64,000 nt of DNA from Candidatus Levyibacteriota bacterium (GCA_052034235.1 JBPOIT010000011.1:37756-101755); one strand, 5' to 3'. Shown: positions 1-10,067, numbered from the stretch's first letter. Numbers and translations: made by a program. Notes: generated by a model from the sequence alone, not told the origin.

Positions 1-656
1 ATTTCATCTATTGATTTTATTTGTTTGGTCCAGCTTGTAAGACTCTTAACTGTTATCGTATCTCTGGTAATTTTAATATCTCGAGGCTGCTGGTCTTGCT
101 GGCGCATGACTGAAAGTCTGACGTCTGTACCTTTTTCTCCTCTAATTTTACTAACAACCTGGTTAAGATTCCATCCTCCTATTGCCTGATCGTCAACTTT
201 TATGATCATATCTCCTGCTCTCACTCCAGCTTTTTGTGCTGGTCCGCCGTCAAGCGGCGCAACAACAATAATTTGTTTACCTTTCATACCGAGTTCTGCT
301 CCTATACCTTCAAATTGACCTGCAAGGCCCTGTTTGAAATCTTTATTTTGAGCTGGCGGCAAATAGACAGTATATGGATCATCAAGACTCGCAACCATAC
401 CGGCTATAGCGCCGTTAAGAAGTTTTTGTGGGTCAATTGCTTTTTTATCGTAATAGGTATTTTCAATTTTGTTAAGAACTGTCCAGAACATGCCAAAATC
501 AAGCTGGGTTACAGAAGGTGGCGGTTCTTTGCTTGAGATTTCAACGTGAGGCTGATAGTTTTTCCAATCAAGCGCTACTTTATTCACACCGATAAAATAG
601 CCGATAAGACCGACAATAATAAGTGAAACAATTAAACGTAATTGTGCTGGTTTCAT
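1..656 (-). CDS. Carboxyl-terminal processing protease (S41 family, PDZ domain). Partial: the C-terminus lies beyond the window start
   Basis: Reverse-strand ORF starting at the ATG at 654-656. It encodes MKPAQLRLIVSLIIVGLIGYF... with an N-terminal TM segment, then a PDZ-like segment GIGAELGMKGKQIIVVAPLDGGPAQKAGVRAGDMIIKVDD typical of CtpA/Prc. The start overlaps the stop of the upstream ORF (ATGA). The ORF track does not list it because it runs off the window edge. Confidence 0.8.
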   Translation of the reverse strand, partial: MKPAQLRLIVSLIIVGLIGYFIGVNKVALDWKNYQPHVEISSKEPPPSVTQLDFGMFWTVLNKIENTYYDKKAIDPQKLLNGAIAGMVASLDDPYTVYLPPAQNKDFKQGLAGQFEGIGAELGMKGKQIIVVAPLDGGPAQKAGVRAGDMIIKVDDQAIGGWNLNQVVSKIRGEKGTDVRLSVMRQQDQQPRDIKITRDTITVKSLTSWTKQIKSIDE

Positions 657-1417
657 ACGTGAAGAAGTATTATCGACCTCGCTTGTCCGTCCAAATAAAT
701 TTTTTTGTTCTTCCATGTTGTTAGCTGTTGCAGAGCATCCTGGTCGACTTGTATAACCGGTACGTCTGCATGTTTTTGTCTTATATATTCAATATCGCCT
801 GGTTCTATTTCAGTTCCAATAAATCCTGCTGCGCCAAGTGCGATACCTTTTGTGAGACTTTCTCTGTTTAAATTGACACCGAGAACTATTTTTCCGATTG
901 CTTTACTGTCCAGAAAAAAGAGTTGGTTCGTTGAAGTTGATCCTTCAAAAAGATAAATTTCACCTTCCCCTTTTGCGTCAGTTGCGTTCAAGCCAAGCAC
1001 GATATTTTTATCAACTGCTATGACGATTTTACCATTATCGCATAAAGTAACTATCCCATCAACCGGCGAAACGAACTCCTTTGTAAGACTTGCGTAAGAG
1101 GTCCTGATATATAAATCTCCCGTGTCTCGCTCGTATTTTACAATGGTGCCTGATATTTTACTGATGACTGATTCTTTCTGAAATCCAAAAAATCTTTTTC
1201 TTATAGCAATAACTTCACCCTGAGCAATAGCATCTCCAGGATTCTTTTTTAATACTTTTTTGACCTTGCGAAGTGATATACCTAGTTCTTTTGCTACATT
1301 GATGATTTCTTCATCGGGATTTGTATTTTGAGCAATTTTTTGCCCAGAGGTGATGACGTCATTTATTTGAACGAGAGGAGAAAAACCATCAGGGAGCAGG
1401 ATAGGCAGATTGGTCAT
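653..1417 (-). CDS. Hypothetical protein (254 aa) with an HTH-like segment near the N-terminus, co-operonic with ctpA
   Basis: Long ORF in the same orientation as its neighbours and translationally coupled to the ctpA-like gene. The segment KIAQNTNPDEEIINVAKELGISLRKVKKVL resembles a helix-turn-helix. I do not recognise a catalytic motif. Confidence 0.5.
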   Translation of the reverse strand: MTNLPILLPDGFSPLVQINDVITSGQKIAQNTNPDEEIINVAKELGISLRKVKKVLKKNPGDAIAQGEVIAIRKRFFGFQKESVISKISGTIVKYERDTGDLYIRTSYASLTKEFVSPVDGIVTLCDNGKIVIAVDKNIVLGLNATDAKGEGEIYLFEGSTSTNQLFFLDSKAIGKIVLGVNLNRESLTKGIALGAAGFIGTEIEPGDIEYIRQKHADVPVIQVDQDALQQLTTWKNKKIYLDGQARSIILLHV

Positions 1418-1443
1418 ACGGAATGTTACACCTTTTTTTTATT

Positions 1444-1683
1444 TTATTCTCTGCCTACAAAAGGCAACAGAGCCAAATGGCGGGCATGCTTTACAGCGGA
1501 GGTTAAACGTCTCTGGTGCTTTGCACAAAGACCGTTTCTTGTACGTGCAACGATCTTGCCGCGATCAGTAACGAATTTTTGTAATGTTGCGGTTTCTGAA
1601 TACCATGGTGTTGTTTCATCTTTGCAGAAGAAACATGTCTTTGGTACTGTTATCTTTCTTTTTGGTAATCGTTTCTTTTTCAT
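1444..1683 (-). CDS. rpsR: 30S ribosomal protein S18
   Basis: 79 aa. Basic N-terminus, a CFFC motif and the conserved C-terminal CAKHQRRLTSAVKHARHLALLP. It sits in the canonical rpsF-ssb-rpsR arrangement. Confidence 0.95.
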   Translation of the reverse strand: MKKKRLPKRKITVPKTCFFCKDETTPWYSETATLQKFVTDRGKIVARTRNGLCAKHQRRLTSAVKHARHLALLPFVGRE

Positions 1684-1688
1684 ATTAT

Positions 1689-2192
1689 TTAAAATGGTAT
1701 ATCATCTGGTGCTACCTCTTCGTCACTATGTGTACTTGGAGGTGGTACCTCTTCATCGCTTTTCTTTTTTTCAACAGGTTTTCTTGCTGGAGCTGCGTGT
1801 CCTTGTGAAGAACCTTCTTCAAATTCTTCTTTTGATCCGCCTGGTGCTCCTCCACCCTGTCTGTTATCAAGAAGGATCATATCATCAATAACTACTTCAG
1901 TTGTTGATTTCTGTGCTCCGTCCTGGCCTGTCCAATTTCTGGTTGAAAGTCGTCCTTCGACATAGACTTTTCTTCCTTTTGTTAAGAACTGGCTGCATAA
2001 TTCTGCTAACTTGTTCCAAGCAACAACTCTATGAAAATCAACTTCTTCGCGCTTCTCGCCTGAATCTGTTGTCCATGATCTGTTAGTTGCTAAACCAAAG
2101 GTACAAACGGCATTACCACTTGGTGTATACCGCAATTCAGGATCTCGTGTCAAATTCCCAATCAATTGTACTCTGTTTAAACTCCTGGCCAT
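1689..2192 (-). CDS. ssb: Single-stranded DNA-binding protein
   Basis: 167 aa. N-terminal OB-fold signature MARSLNRVQLIGNLTRDPELRYTPSGNAV, a Gly-rich linker and the acidic C-terminal tail ending in DDIPF. Confidence 0.95.
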   Translation of the reverse strand: MARSLNRVQLIGNLTRDPELRYTPSGNAVCTFGLATNRSWTTDSGEKREEVDFHRVVAWNKLAELCSQFLTKGRKVYVEGRLSTRNWTGQDGAQKSTTEVVIDDMILLDNRQGGGAPGGSKEEFEEGSSQGHAAPARKPVEKKKSDEEVPPPSTHSDEEVAPDDIPF

Positions 2193-2195
2193 ACC

Positions 2196-2474
2196 TTATT
2201 TGGTTCTTAATAACAAATGTCTAATTATACTGTCATTTCGTAATATTTTGGTTTCGACGTCTGCTGCGACTCCTTCTTCAGATTCAAGTTGAAGCATAAG
2301 ATAATATCCTGCGTCTTCTTTCTTGATTTTGTAAGCAAGCGCTTTTTGTCCCCAATCAAATTCTTTAGCGATTTTAACCTTGCCGAGCCACTCTTTAACT
2401 GTCTCTAAAAGCTTTTTTCGGTCAGCTTCTTTCAGTGAAGGCCTCATCACTAATACCAATTCGTATTTCCTCAT
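2196..2474 (-). CDS. rpsF: 30S ribosomal protein S6
   Basis: 92 aa. MRKYELVLVMRPSL... is typical of S6. It is the first gene of the rpsF-ssb-rpsR triplet. Confidence 0.9.
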   Translation of the reverse strand: MRKYELVLVMRPSLKEADRKKLLETVKEWLGKVKIAKEFDWGQKALAYKIKKEDAGYYLMLQLESEEGVAADVETKILRNDSIIRHLLLRTK

Positions 2475-2479
2475 GCCTG

Positions 2480-5400
2480 CTATTGTACCATACGACCAAA
2501 CTTGAACTCAAGTAGGAGTTTGGGGAAGAAATAAAGTACAGCTGGCAAGAGTGATAAAACAATAAGAACAAGACCGTTTAATTTAAAAAACATATCTGGT
2601 TGCACCATAAGTAACCAGCCGCTGGTCATGAGTATACTGATCGTAATGGTTAACCCGTAAGCGAGCAAATTACTCCTGAGTACATACCTTATAAGAAGTA
2701 TACTGCCTACAACGAGCATTATTTGCTGCAGGAGAGATTTTATAATATCTTCGTTTGATTTATTCTGCGGGAGCGCTAGAAGTATTATCAATAACGCAAC
2801 AACCCCACACGTTTTCTTCCAGGTTTTAAGATATCGCTTTATAAGCAAAAGCATTGCCATAAAGAAGAAAACTCCCCCTAGAATCAAAGGCAGCTCGCCT
2901 ATTGCTGAAAGCGCAGGGAAATATGTATCAAGTTTTGGGAATGTTTCAAAGGTTGTCATTGAGGAGAGCCATTCATTGGTACTTAAAACAGCAATCAGTA
3001 CGCTTGAGAGAGCAATCACAATAAACGGTGTTGCATAACTTGCAAGAATTGCATCTTTTACATAGGTAGTTCTCTTTTCTGCTTTATCAGGTAAGATATG
3101 CCCAAATTGTTCTTTCCAAAGCGTTAAAAATGTGGCACTGACAACCGATACCACAAAGAAGCTCACCACAAAAGCCAAAATGCTGATAAGAATTGATTGG
3201 ACAATATAGGTTTGCATTGGAATTGCTGTATTGTAGTTACTATAAAAATTGGAAAGGCTATTTAAGGTAATCAGTATGTTCACAATGGTAATTAACCCAG
3301 CGATTTTGTAAGACAAACGGAAATTAAGTTTTTTCTCGCGCAAGTACGAAAAGAAGCTTTTAAAACCAAACCATGCTATAACAAGACCAAAAATGCCAAT
3401 GATTCCACCAACAAAAAAATCAAAGTTACTCGTTTCACTTTGTTGACGAATCCAGGTTTCAGGCAATTTTAAATTGCTACTAAACCCTGAAACTTTATCG
3501 CCAACAACCACCACTTCAGTTTGAAATACTGCCTCCCCTATTGCGCTTTTCTTTTCTTCGTAAACGAAAACATGATCTGTTCTCTTTTCCTTTTTATCTT
3601 GCTTACTTTCTATTAACTGATAATTTTGCATGTTAAACCCTTTTTCCATTTTCAAATACTCATTAGCAAGTTTTTGTGCTTGGGTTTGAGACAAATTGGC
3701 GCCTGCAGCTTTTTCATCAAGCGAATAAATGACTTGTTCTACTTTTCCGTCTGGCAGCACATCGACGTCGTATGATTCCTTTTGCAGCGGTTTAAAGTAC
3801 GTTACAGTCCAATATCCAAGCGGCAGTTTTTCAGAATAAACAGATTGTAATTTTTTATAATCTGCCACTTCAAGAATATATTTTTCTTCAGATGAGATAT
3901 CGTTTGGGGTAAAAGTTATGACGCTTGAATAGCCATTGGTATCCACCTGGCGTTTGATGAGAGCTTGATCGGCAATTTTTTTGACCTCTTCCCGACCGAT
4001 TGTGGTTGGCAATTCCTCAGTGGGTGCTTGCGGAAAAAATGGTAATACGCTTACCAAACTAACCAGAGACAATCCGAAGATAAGCATTTTCCGTTTTCGC
4101 GTCAGAGGTTTATAAGCAGTATCAACAACTGCGACAACGTGTGTTTGTTTTTCAAGTTTTTCAGCTTTGAGATTTTCGTTCAGGTCTTCTTTTCGCTCGG
4201 GTGCAAATCCTTTTTTTTGTATTGCCAGTAGCAGTAACCCAACTGCCACAATGAATGGTAAAAGCGAGACAAGCGTACTTGAAACACTTGCATAGAAATT
4301 GCCTGATTGATAAAAAGAAATTGCTGTTTGAAGGGCATTAAACGTGTAATGAGCAGTAAATGAAGCTAAAAATCCGTAGCGGACAAATATCCACCCGAGA
4401 ACAACCCCGATTACGCTAATCTCAATTCCGCGCACAAACCACGGCGACTGCGGATAATTACTATGCAAAAATCCCCACACGATTGCGGTGATAATAATTG
4501 CAACCCATGTGCTTTTGAACATTTTTTTCAAAAACGGTATACCAAAAAGTCTAAAAATCCCCTCTTCTGATGCTGCTGCCAAAAAGCCGATAAAAAGCGG
4601 ATACACCCACGGAAGAAGTGTGCTGTAGATATCAGAATAATTGATCGCCGCTGGCGCCCAAAACCCGACAGATTTACCTAGGAAGTAATACAACAGTTCG
4701 TAGGTAAAAAAGATAATCCCGGCAAACGTCCCGACAAACAATGCCTTATTAACTGCCTTTGTTTGGAGTGCAGTTGTATAAAGTGATTCGAGTGAAAGCT
4801 TTTGAGGAAAAACCTGTCTGAACTTTGCTTCTCCTGCAGTTATGACAAACAGCACCGATGCGCCTTCAAAAAGTCCACCCAAGACGCTTACAAGGACAAT
4901 GCTTGCAATAAAAGCTTCCCAACTCACTGTCGTTGTATAGCCAGCAAGAGAAAGCGGAATTGAATTGAGTGCTGTCAAAAGTGCGATGACTGCGGCAGCG
5001 AGTGCTATGTATCGAAGTGAGTTGATGCGAAGATTATTGTGACGATATTCTTTAAAGTACGTGATAACGATTGCAAGTCCAAAGACAAGAAGCATGAGGA
5101 CTTCAGCGACAACTTGTGCTAAATCGTTATTGGAAGTTTCATTTTCATACGCCCGTTGCCAACTTTCTGGGATTTTAAGATATTCATAATACCCTCCAAT
5201 TTTATCACCAAAGATCTGTACTTCCATCCGATACGTTGCTTCATTTGCCTGAAATCCAATTTTCTCCCAGGTAAAGATATGATCTATGCGGGATTTTTGT
5301 TCACTACTTTCACTGTTGACGAGTTTCCACTTTGTTATATCTGTTTGTATCGTTTTTGTGATGAATGCTTCGGCAGTTTTTTGCGCAGCTTCTTTATCAA

Positions 5401-5836
5401 GCGATGCTCCCGATGCATTTTCAGAAATCTCATGATAATATGCGACAAATTTGCCGCTTGGCAGATACGAAACACTTATTTCTTCCTGTTCTAGTGGTTT
5501 AAAAAACCGAGTGGTGAAATGCCAGACATCGATGTCATTTTGTGCCAGTCGCGCAGTTTCAGTCACGCCGACTTCCCGCTCGAGATACGTTTTACTCGCA
5601 TCATCAATCGTAAAAACCGTCGCCTCTTTAAAAGTATTACTAGCAATCCCCTGTTCCAACGCAAACTGCTTCGCCTTCTCAGCTGCCTGTTCCCGTGTGA
5701 TATCAAAAGATATATTATGTTCAGGAAATGCTAACGTTCTGAAGTTGATGAAGAAAAATAAACTAACTAAGGCAGCAAAAAAAAGGACACCTAAAAATAA
5801 TTTTTCCTTTGTTGAATAAAAGTTTTTTATATTCAC
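2480..5836 (-). CDS. Giant polytopic membrane protein with an internal tandem duplication. Each half has two PepSY-like extracytoplasmic modules and a multi-TM domain. The first TM domain is a CPBP/CAAX-type intramembrane metalloprotease (Abi family)
   Basis: 1118 aa. CPBP motifs in the first membrane block: ASEEGIFR (EExxxR), VWGFLH (FxxxH) and FTAHYTFN (HxxxN). PepSY-like repeats occur at ITREQAAEKAKQFALEQGI and LDKEAAQKTAEAFITK in the first half, and at IGREEVKKIADQAL and LSQTQAQKLANEYLK in the second half. The second membrane block lacks the catalytic motifs. Confidence 0.8.
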   Translation of the reverse strand: MNIKNFYSTKEKLFLGVLFFAALVSLFFFINFRTLAFPEHNISFDITREQAAEKAKQFALEQGIASNTFKEATVFTIDDASKTYLEREVGVTETARLAQNDIDVWHFTTRFFKPLEQEEISVSYLPSGKFVAYYHEISENASGASLDKEAAQKTAEAFITKTIQTDITKWKLVNSESSEQKSRIDHIFTWEKIGFQANEATYRMEVQIFGDKIGGYYEYLKIPESWQRAYENETSNNDLAQVVAEVLMLLVFGLAIVITYFKEYRHNNLRINSLRYIALAAAVIALLTALNSIPLSLAGYTTTVSWEAFIASIVLVSVLGGLFEGASVLFVITAGEAKFRQVFPQKLSLESLYTTALQTKAVNKALFVGTFAGIIFFTYELLYYFLGKSVGFWAPAAINYSDIYSTLLPWVYPLFIGFLAAASEEGIFRLFGIPFLKKMFKSTWVAIIITAIVWGFLHSNYPQSPWFVRGIEISVIGVVLGWIFVRYGFLASFTAHYTFNALQTAISFYQSGNFYASVSSTLVSLLPFIVAVGLLLLAIQKKGFAPERKEDLNENLKAEKLEKQTHVVAVVDTAYKPLTRKRKMLIFGLSLVSLVSVLPFFPQAPTEELPTTIGREEVKKIADQALIKRQVDTNGYSSVITFTPNDISSEEKYILEVADYKKLQSVYSEKLPLGYWTVTYFKPLQKESYDVDVLPDGKVEQVIYSLDEKAAGANLSQTQAQKLANEYLKMEKGFNMQNYQLIESKQDKKEKRTDHVFVYEEKKSAIGEAVFQTEVVVVGDKVSGFSSNLKLPETWIRQQSETSNFDFFVGGIIGIFGLVIAWFGFKSFFSYLREKKLNFRLSYKIAGLITIVNILITLNSLSNFYSNYNTAIPMQTYIVQSILISILAFVVSFFVVSVVSATFLTLWKEQFGHILPDKAEKRTTYVKDAILASYATPFIVIALSSVLIAVLSTNEWLSSMTTFETFPKLDTYFPALSAIGELPLILGGVFFFMAMLLLIKRYLKTWKKTCGVVALLIILLALPQNKSNEDIIKSLLQQIMLVVGSILLIRYVLRSNLLAYGLTITISILMTSGWLLMVQPDMFFKLNGLVLIVLSLLPAVLYFFPKLLLEFKFGRMVQ

Positions 5837-5869
5837 AGTGGGTTAAATTCGGATTGAGAGTTTTCGAAT

Positions 5870-6973
5870 TTATGTTCCTATTTTAAACTCAATAACATCC
5901 CCATCTTTGACAACATAATCCCGGCCTTCCATGCGGGCTTTGCCGAGTTCTCTGGCTTTTTTGCGGCCGCCGAGTGAGATGTAGTCTTCAAATGAGACAA
6001 CTTCTGCTTTGATGAATTTTTTGATGAAATCTGTGTGGATTGCTCCAGCTGCATGTTGTGCATCCAAATCTTTCTCAATTGTCCATGCCTTCACTTCCTT
6101 CTCCCCTGCTGTAAGGAAAGAAATAAGTCCAAGTGTGGTGTAAGCCTTTTGAATAAGTCGCTCAAGTCCTGATGCTTTCAGTCCCAAATCAGCCAAATAT
6201 TCAACAGCCTCTTCATCTGAAAGTGCAGCGAGTTCTGATTCGATCTTGGCGCAAATGACAACAAGTTTTTCTTCTGGTTGATTCAATGTCGCCGCAAATT
6301 TCTTGGTTACTTCAGCAATCCCTTCAGTGTTATATTGATCTTCTGACACATTAAGGACGATGATTTCAGGTTTTGCAGAAAGTAAGAATAAATCAGCAGT
6401 CAATTCTTTTTCTTCTTCAGTCAAAGCAATATCCCGAGCGGCAGTCCCGCTGTTCAGTCCTTTATACAATTTCTCAACCGCCACCTTTTTCTTCGCATCA
6501 GTCTTCACAGCCTTTGACTCACGGGATTTCATAACAGTCGAAAGATCAGCAATGATAAGCTCCGTCACAATGGTCTCATAATCAGATTTCGGATCCACAG
6601 CCCCCTCTTTCACAATATCTTCATCTTCAAACCCCCGCACAACATGCGCCACAATCTTCACTTCCCGAATATGAGACAAAAACTTATTGCCAAGACCCGC
6701 CCCTTCAGACGCACCCTTGACGAGCCCAGCGATATCAACAAACTCAATAATCGCAGGTTTTACAGGAGGCAAGCCACCCATCTTTTCCTCTTCTTTCGTA
6801 GCTTCTGCAAGTTGCGTAAGCCGTGCATCCGGCACAGGAACCGCCCCCACATTGGGTTCAATAGTAGCAAAAGGATAATTAGCCGCCAAAGCCTGCTGTT
6901 TCTTCAAAAGAGCATTAAACAAAGTAGATTTCCCAACATTAGGAAGCCCAACAATTCCAACAGATAGATTCAT
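5870..6973 (-). CDS. ychF: Ribosome-binding ATPase YchF (Obg-family GTPase)
   Basis: [23 protein letters not shown]-loop at the N-terminus, as in E. coli YchF. It has a C-terminal TGS-like end ([16 protein letters not shown]). The ORF track gives a longer ORF (to 7033); I prefer the conserved start (M at 6973). An alternative ATG is at 6982. Confidence 0.92.
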   Translation of the reverse strand: MNLSVGIVGLPNVGKSTLFNALLKKQQALAANYPFATIEPNVGAVPVPDARLTQLAEATKEEEKMGGLPPVKPAIIEFVDIAGLVKGASEGAGLGNKFLSHIREVKIVAHVVRGFEDEDIVKEGAVDPKSDYETIVTELIIADLSTVMKSRESKAVKTDAKKKVAVEKLYKGLNSGTAARDIALTEEEKELTADLFLLSAKPEIIVLNVSEDQYNTEGIAEVTKKFAATLNQPEEKLVVICAKIESELAALSDEEAVEYLADLGLKASGLERLIQKAYTTLGLISFLTAGEKEVKAWTIEKDLDAQHAAGAIHTDFIKKFIKAEVVSFEDYISLGGRKKARELGKARMEGRDYVVKDGDVIEFKIGT

Positions 6974-7295
6974 AAAGGTCATTATACCAAGAAGCCAGAA
7001 GAAACGAAACAAAGAGAAGGTGCAAGCACACACAGACTTTATGCGACAGTAATGCTATTACATACTAAGTTTATTGTAAGAAGTTTAGAGTAGCTTATGT
7101 GTCGGGGTCATCTGGTTCTGACTTTTGGCAGACTTTCTTGAGCTAATTTTCTATCTGTCAAAATACCCATTGATGACCAAACTTTGGATTCCCCACCTCT
7201 GCAAGTATGCCACTGGTGATCTCCTCCAAGAACATCTATTTGCATCTAAAGAAGCAAATTGAGCCATGGCTGCTTTTATATATCGTTGCTAAGTA

Positions 7296-8651
7296 TCACA
7301 CTTGTGCGGCTTGATCTTTTTTTAAATTCCTTACCCTGGCTTGCTGAATTAACAGAACTCCCTCGTGAGGCACATCCGGCCTTGTTCCCTCAAATCCTTT
7401 TCCTTCCTGAAGTAATGGGAAATGTTTATTTTTCGCTAAGAATTCGAGAAGGCTGCCCCATGGGGCTTCTTTAACAGCATCTTTGCCAGTTTGACTTGTA
7501 TAGGCAATCTCTTCAGGATGAGCATGATGTTCTTTCTGCCCACCAACTTCATCCAGCGTTAACCAACTAAGTAATTTACCAGGTAATCCTGAATGAACAG
7601 TGTCTGTTGTCACTGAACCATCTTCTTCATTCAAATGGATATCATATTTTGTTCTCAGTGCAGCCTGAACTAATCTATTTTGATCAAAAACGCCTGCATG
7701 CCCCATAGAGTTTGTAACATTGCCCCCCACAAGCTCCAGACCTACACGAGCAGCATTTATTGCTGCACCAGTTATTACTGCTTCAGCGACACTCTTCCTA
7801 TCAAACTTTCTTCTCGTAAAAAGCACTGCTGCCGCAGGAATAGCAAAACCTGCAATAACATCACGAGCATGTGTACTTGTATTCTTACCATCAGGATGTT
7901 GCAAATCATCTGGTTTTCTTTCCGGATGATCAGTAAATAGTGCAGCTGCACGTTGATATAAACCGATATTTTTTAAAGCGATTCTCTTTACTCCATTTTC
8001 TCCTCCAGTCAGTACCGGAGAATGCGGATCTGTGAGAAGTATTTGTGCCATATCTTCAGTTGTCCATTCTCCTTTATGATGTTTATAATCGGGGTAAACA
8101 TAACGCGGGCTATGAGGATTTAATATTTCTCTGACTTCATCCGCAGTATAATCAGTTTTTTCCTGGTACACATCTCCTAATTTTTCTTTAATATGGTCTT
8201 TAGCTAAATTTCCTATTGTAACAACTTCATCAAGAGAAAATTCTGGTACAAAGGGGTCAAGATGAGGAAAAGCCTCGGGAACTTCTACTGTTCCGACATT
8301 TTCCGGACGCTGCGCCCACTCTATTGCTCCAGCCATTTGGAAAAAAGGAAAGAGTGAAGCGTCAGTCATTTCATGGTGGATTCTGTGAACAGATGCCCAT
8401 ATCGTTGGATCGCCAACTCCAAGTGAGCTTTGCTCTGCTTTAATAAGTGCCGAGACAACTGGATGAGGCTCCAAACTTCGGTGGGTTAAGTTTCGATGAT
8501 GCTCGATTGTAATTCCTGCAACGCCAATAAACCCTGCTGCCGCTCCTCCACCAATAATTTTCGCTGCTCTGCGCAAACCTTTATGCTTTCCATCTTCTGT
8601 GGAAGCTATTCTCTGTTCTTTTGACATATGATCATTTATTATAATGTACAA
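7296..8651 (-). CDS. Acyl-CoA delta-9 desaturase-like di-iron His-box protein, atypical (long insertions, few TM segments)
   Basis: His boxes HRNLTHRS (HxxxxH) and HRIHH (HxxHH) are 38 aa apart, as in stearoyl-CoA desaturases. NSMGHAGVFD resembles the conserved NSAAHxxG, followed by EHHAHP resembling HNNHHAFP. Alternative start at M9 (8627). GC looks higher than in neighbouring genes. Confidence 0.65.
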   Translation of the reverse strand: MYIIINDHMSKEQRIASTEDGKHKGLRRAAKIIGGGAAAGFIGVAGITIEHHRNLTHRSLEPHPVVSALIKAEQSSLGVGDPTIWASVHRIHHEMTDASLFPFFQMAGAIEWAQRPENVGTVEVPEAFPHLDPFVPEFSLDEVVTIGNLAKDHIKEKLGDVYQEKTDYTADEVREILNPHSPRYVYPDYKHHKGEWTTEDMAQILLTDPHSPVLTGGENGVKRIALKNIGLYQRAAALFTDHPERKPDDLQHPDGKNTSTHARDVIAGFAIPAAAVLFTRRKFDRKSVAEAVITGAAINAARVGLELVGGNVTNSMGHAGVFDQNRLVQAALRTKYDIHLNEEDGSVTTDTVHSGLPGKLLSWLTLDEVGGQKEHHAHPEEIAYTSQTGKDAVKEAPWGSLLEFLAKNKHFPLLQEGKGFEGTRPDVPHEGVLLIQQARVRNLKKDQAAQV

Positions 8652-8715
8652 AAGAGCTTAGTCAAGCTGATAAATAAAGTATAACCACACATGCTTTGAA
8701 ATTTCTAGAGCTTTA

Positions 8716-8758
8716 GTAATTCTAAAACCTTATAAACAACAACTGCTGGCCAGAATAT
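8716..8758. repeat. 43-bp perfect direct repeat, copy 1 (gtaattctaaaaccttataaacaacaactgctggccagaatat). A remnant copy of the 3' end of the small membrane-protein gene
   Basis: Identical to 10079-10121. The flanking ~15 bp are also similar (gaaattt...). On the minus strand it encodes ...IFWPAVVVYKVLELLKL* but is preceded by an in-frame stop, so it is non-coding here. Confidence 0.85.
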
Positions 8759-9092
8759 AATCGACACGCTCAGATTGGCAGATACTCAGGCTTTACCAAA
8801 TTTCCTAACATTTGTAACAGTTAAAGAAGCGCGTTTGAAGATTCAAGCATAACTGAAGAATCACCTACTCGATACGAAGCTTCACCATTCTTTCCGGTAA
8901 ATTCTCTTACCATCTCTACGAGTGTGCCTATTTCTACTTGCTTTTCTTGCATAAACTGCGATTATAACTGCATACTCATCCATAATCAAACAAAGCGCCG
9001 CTTATATTATGCTTTCGACGATTTTCTTATGACAATAGAATCAAAAAGTAGAGGTAATTGTTAATTTATATCTTATAGTATATAATCGTGAG

Positions 9093-10019
9093 ATGACCGA
9101 ACGTTCAGAGGGATTATCTCCGGCAAATGCAGAAACACAAGAATTGACACGAGAGCAATATAATTATCTTTCGAAACAAGCATATTATTTTTTTCCTTTT
9201 TTGAGGAAGTACTATGCCATCTTGAGTCGTTCTAGTGCTGAAGATGAACAGTTTCAGGCGGAAAGCATGCAGCGCATGAAGGATATCGTTTTATATTACG
9301 GTGGTGCTTTTGCACTTGGAGAATTTGCTATTGACCGGGAACAGAGTCTTATTGATAAGTTAAATGGAACCATTCAGAAAAGATATACCGAAGATGAACT
9401 CTATAATAAGTTTTTGATCGTTGGAGAAAATACGGTTGCGAAATCTGACGGAGAAACGGCTGATTATATATATGGCACTATACCATGTAGAGATTTAGTT
9501 AATATAGATCTTCCTGGAGCACCTTTTTATTCCTTAGGATTGTCAGGAGGCATTATAGAAAACAGTGGCAATCGTCGCAAAAATTCTGTCCTCAATGCTT
9601 TAACAAGTTACATCTCTGAACACCATGCAGATCAACCAGTAGCAGTTTGGGGTAATGTCGCTCGCGGATCAATAGAGGCTGCAGCAATCCATAAAAAATT
9701 TGAACAAGCAGGTATTGACTCTTCCTTTCATCTTTTTAGGGCTTCTTCAAAAGCATTTAATGATCGCGAAGCATTTTCAATTGCAGAACCGACTTCTCTT
9801 ACGAATTCATGGAACATTGCTGTTGATACTATGTCAGCAGGTGGAAATAGTGTTCCAATGATGCGATCCTTTTTACAATCCTTAGGTTCCAATCGATCAT
9901 CAGTTTATTTAACTCATGGTGGACGCTTTTGGAATAAGGAAATGCCTGTAGAATTTAAATCTCCAGAATATGAGCGCTTTGGAATGGGAATTCTTTTAGA
10001 AGCAAAACCAGTTCGGTAG
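9093..10019 (+). CDS. Hypothetical protein (308 aa), the orphan cargo ORF between the direct repeats
   Basis: Long ORF with a TATAAT-like element (tatagtatataat) just upstream. No motif recognised. Confidence 0.55.
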   Translation: MTERSEGLSPANAETQELTREQYNYLSKQAYYFFPFLRKYYAILSRSSAEDEQFQAESMQRMKDIVLYYGGAFALGEFAIDREQSLIDKLNGTIQKRYTEDELYNKFLIVGENTVAKSDGETADYIYGTIPCRDLVNIDLPGAPFYSLGLSGGIIENSGNRRKNSVLNALTSYISEHHADQPVAVWGNVARGSIEAAAIHKKFEQAGIDSSFHLFRASSKAFNDREAFSIAEPTSLTNSWNIAVDTMSAGGNSVPMMRSFLQSLGSNRSSVYLTHGGRFWNKEMPVEFKSPEYERFGMGILLEAKPVR

Positions 10020-10067
10020 TAAGCGTGTTTCAACTCGCAAATTATAAATTCTTAAAGCCTAGGAAAT

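Noticed and set aside
234-536. 100-aa plus-strand ORF
   Set aside because: It is entirely antisense to the S41 protease gene (1..656, minus), whose translation shows clear PDZ/S41 features. The ORF is Cys/Trp-rich nonsense.
1328-1891. 187-aa plus-strand ORF spanning the S18/ssb region
   Set aside because: Antisense to the confidently identified rpsR and ssb genes. Low-complexity hydrophobic translation.
5156-5819. Three plus-strand ORFs (112, 122, 71 aa)
   Set aside because: They are embedded antisense within the 1118-aa CPBP membrane protein gene. There is no support beyond being open.
6644-6967. 107-aa plus-strand ORF inside ychF
   Set aside because: Antisense to the strongly conserved YchF coding sequence.
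8821-8952. 43-aa minus-strand micro-ORF (MQEKQVEIGTLVEMVREFTGKNGEASYRVGDSSVMLESSNALL) inside the repeat-flanked segment
   Set aside because: No RBS or promoter could be assigned and it may be a gene remnant. It is mentioned under the cassette finding but not called as a feature.
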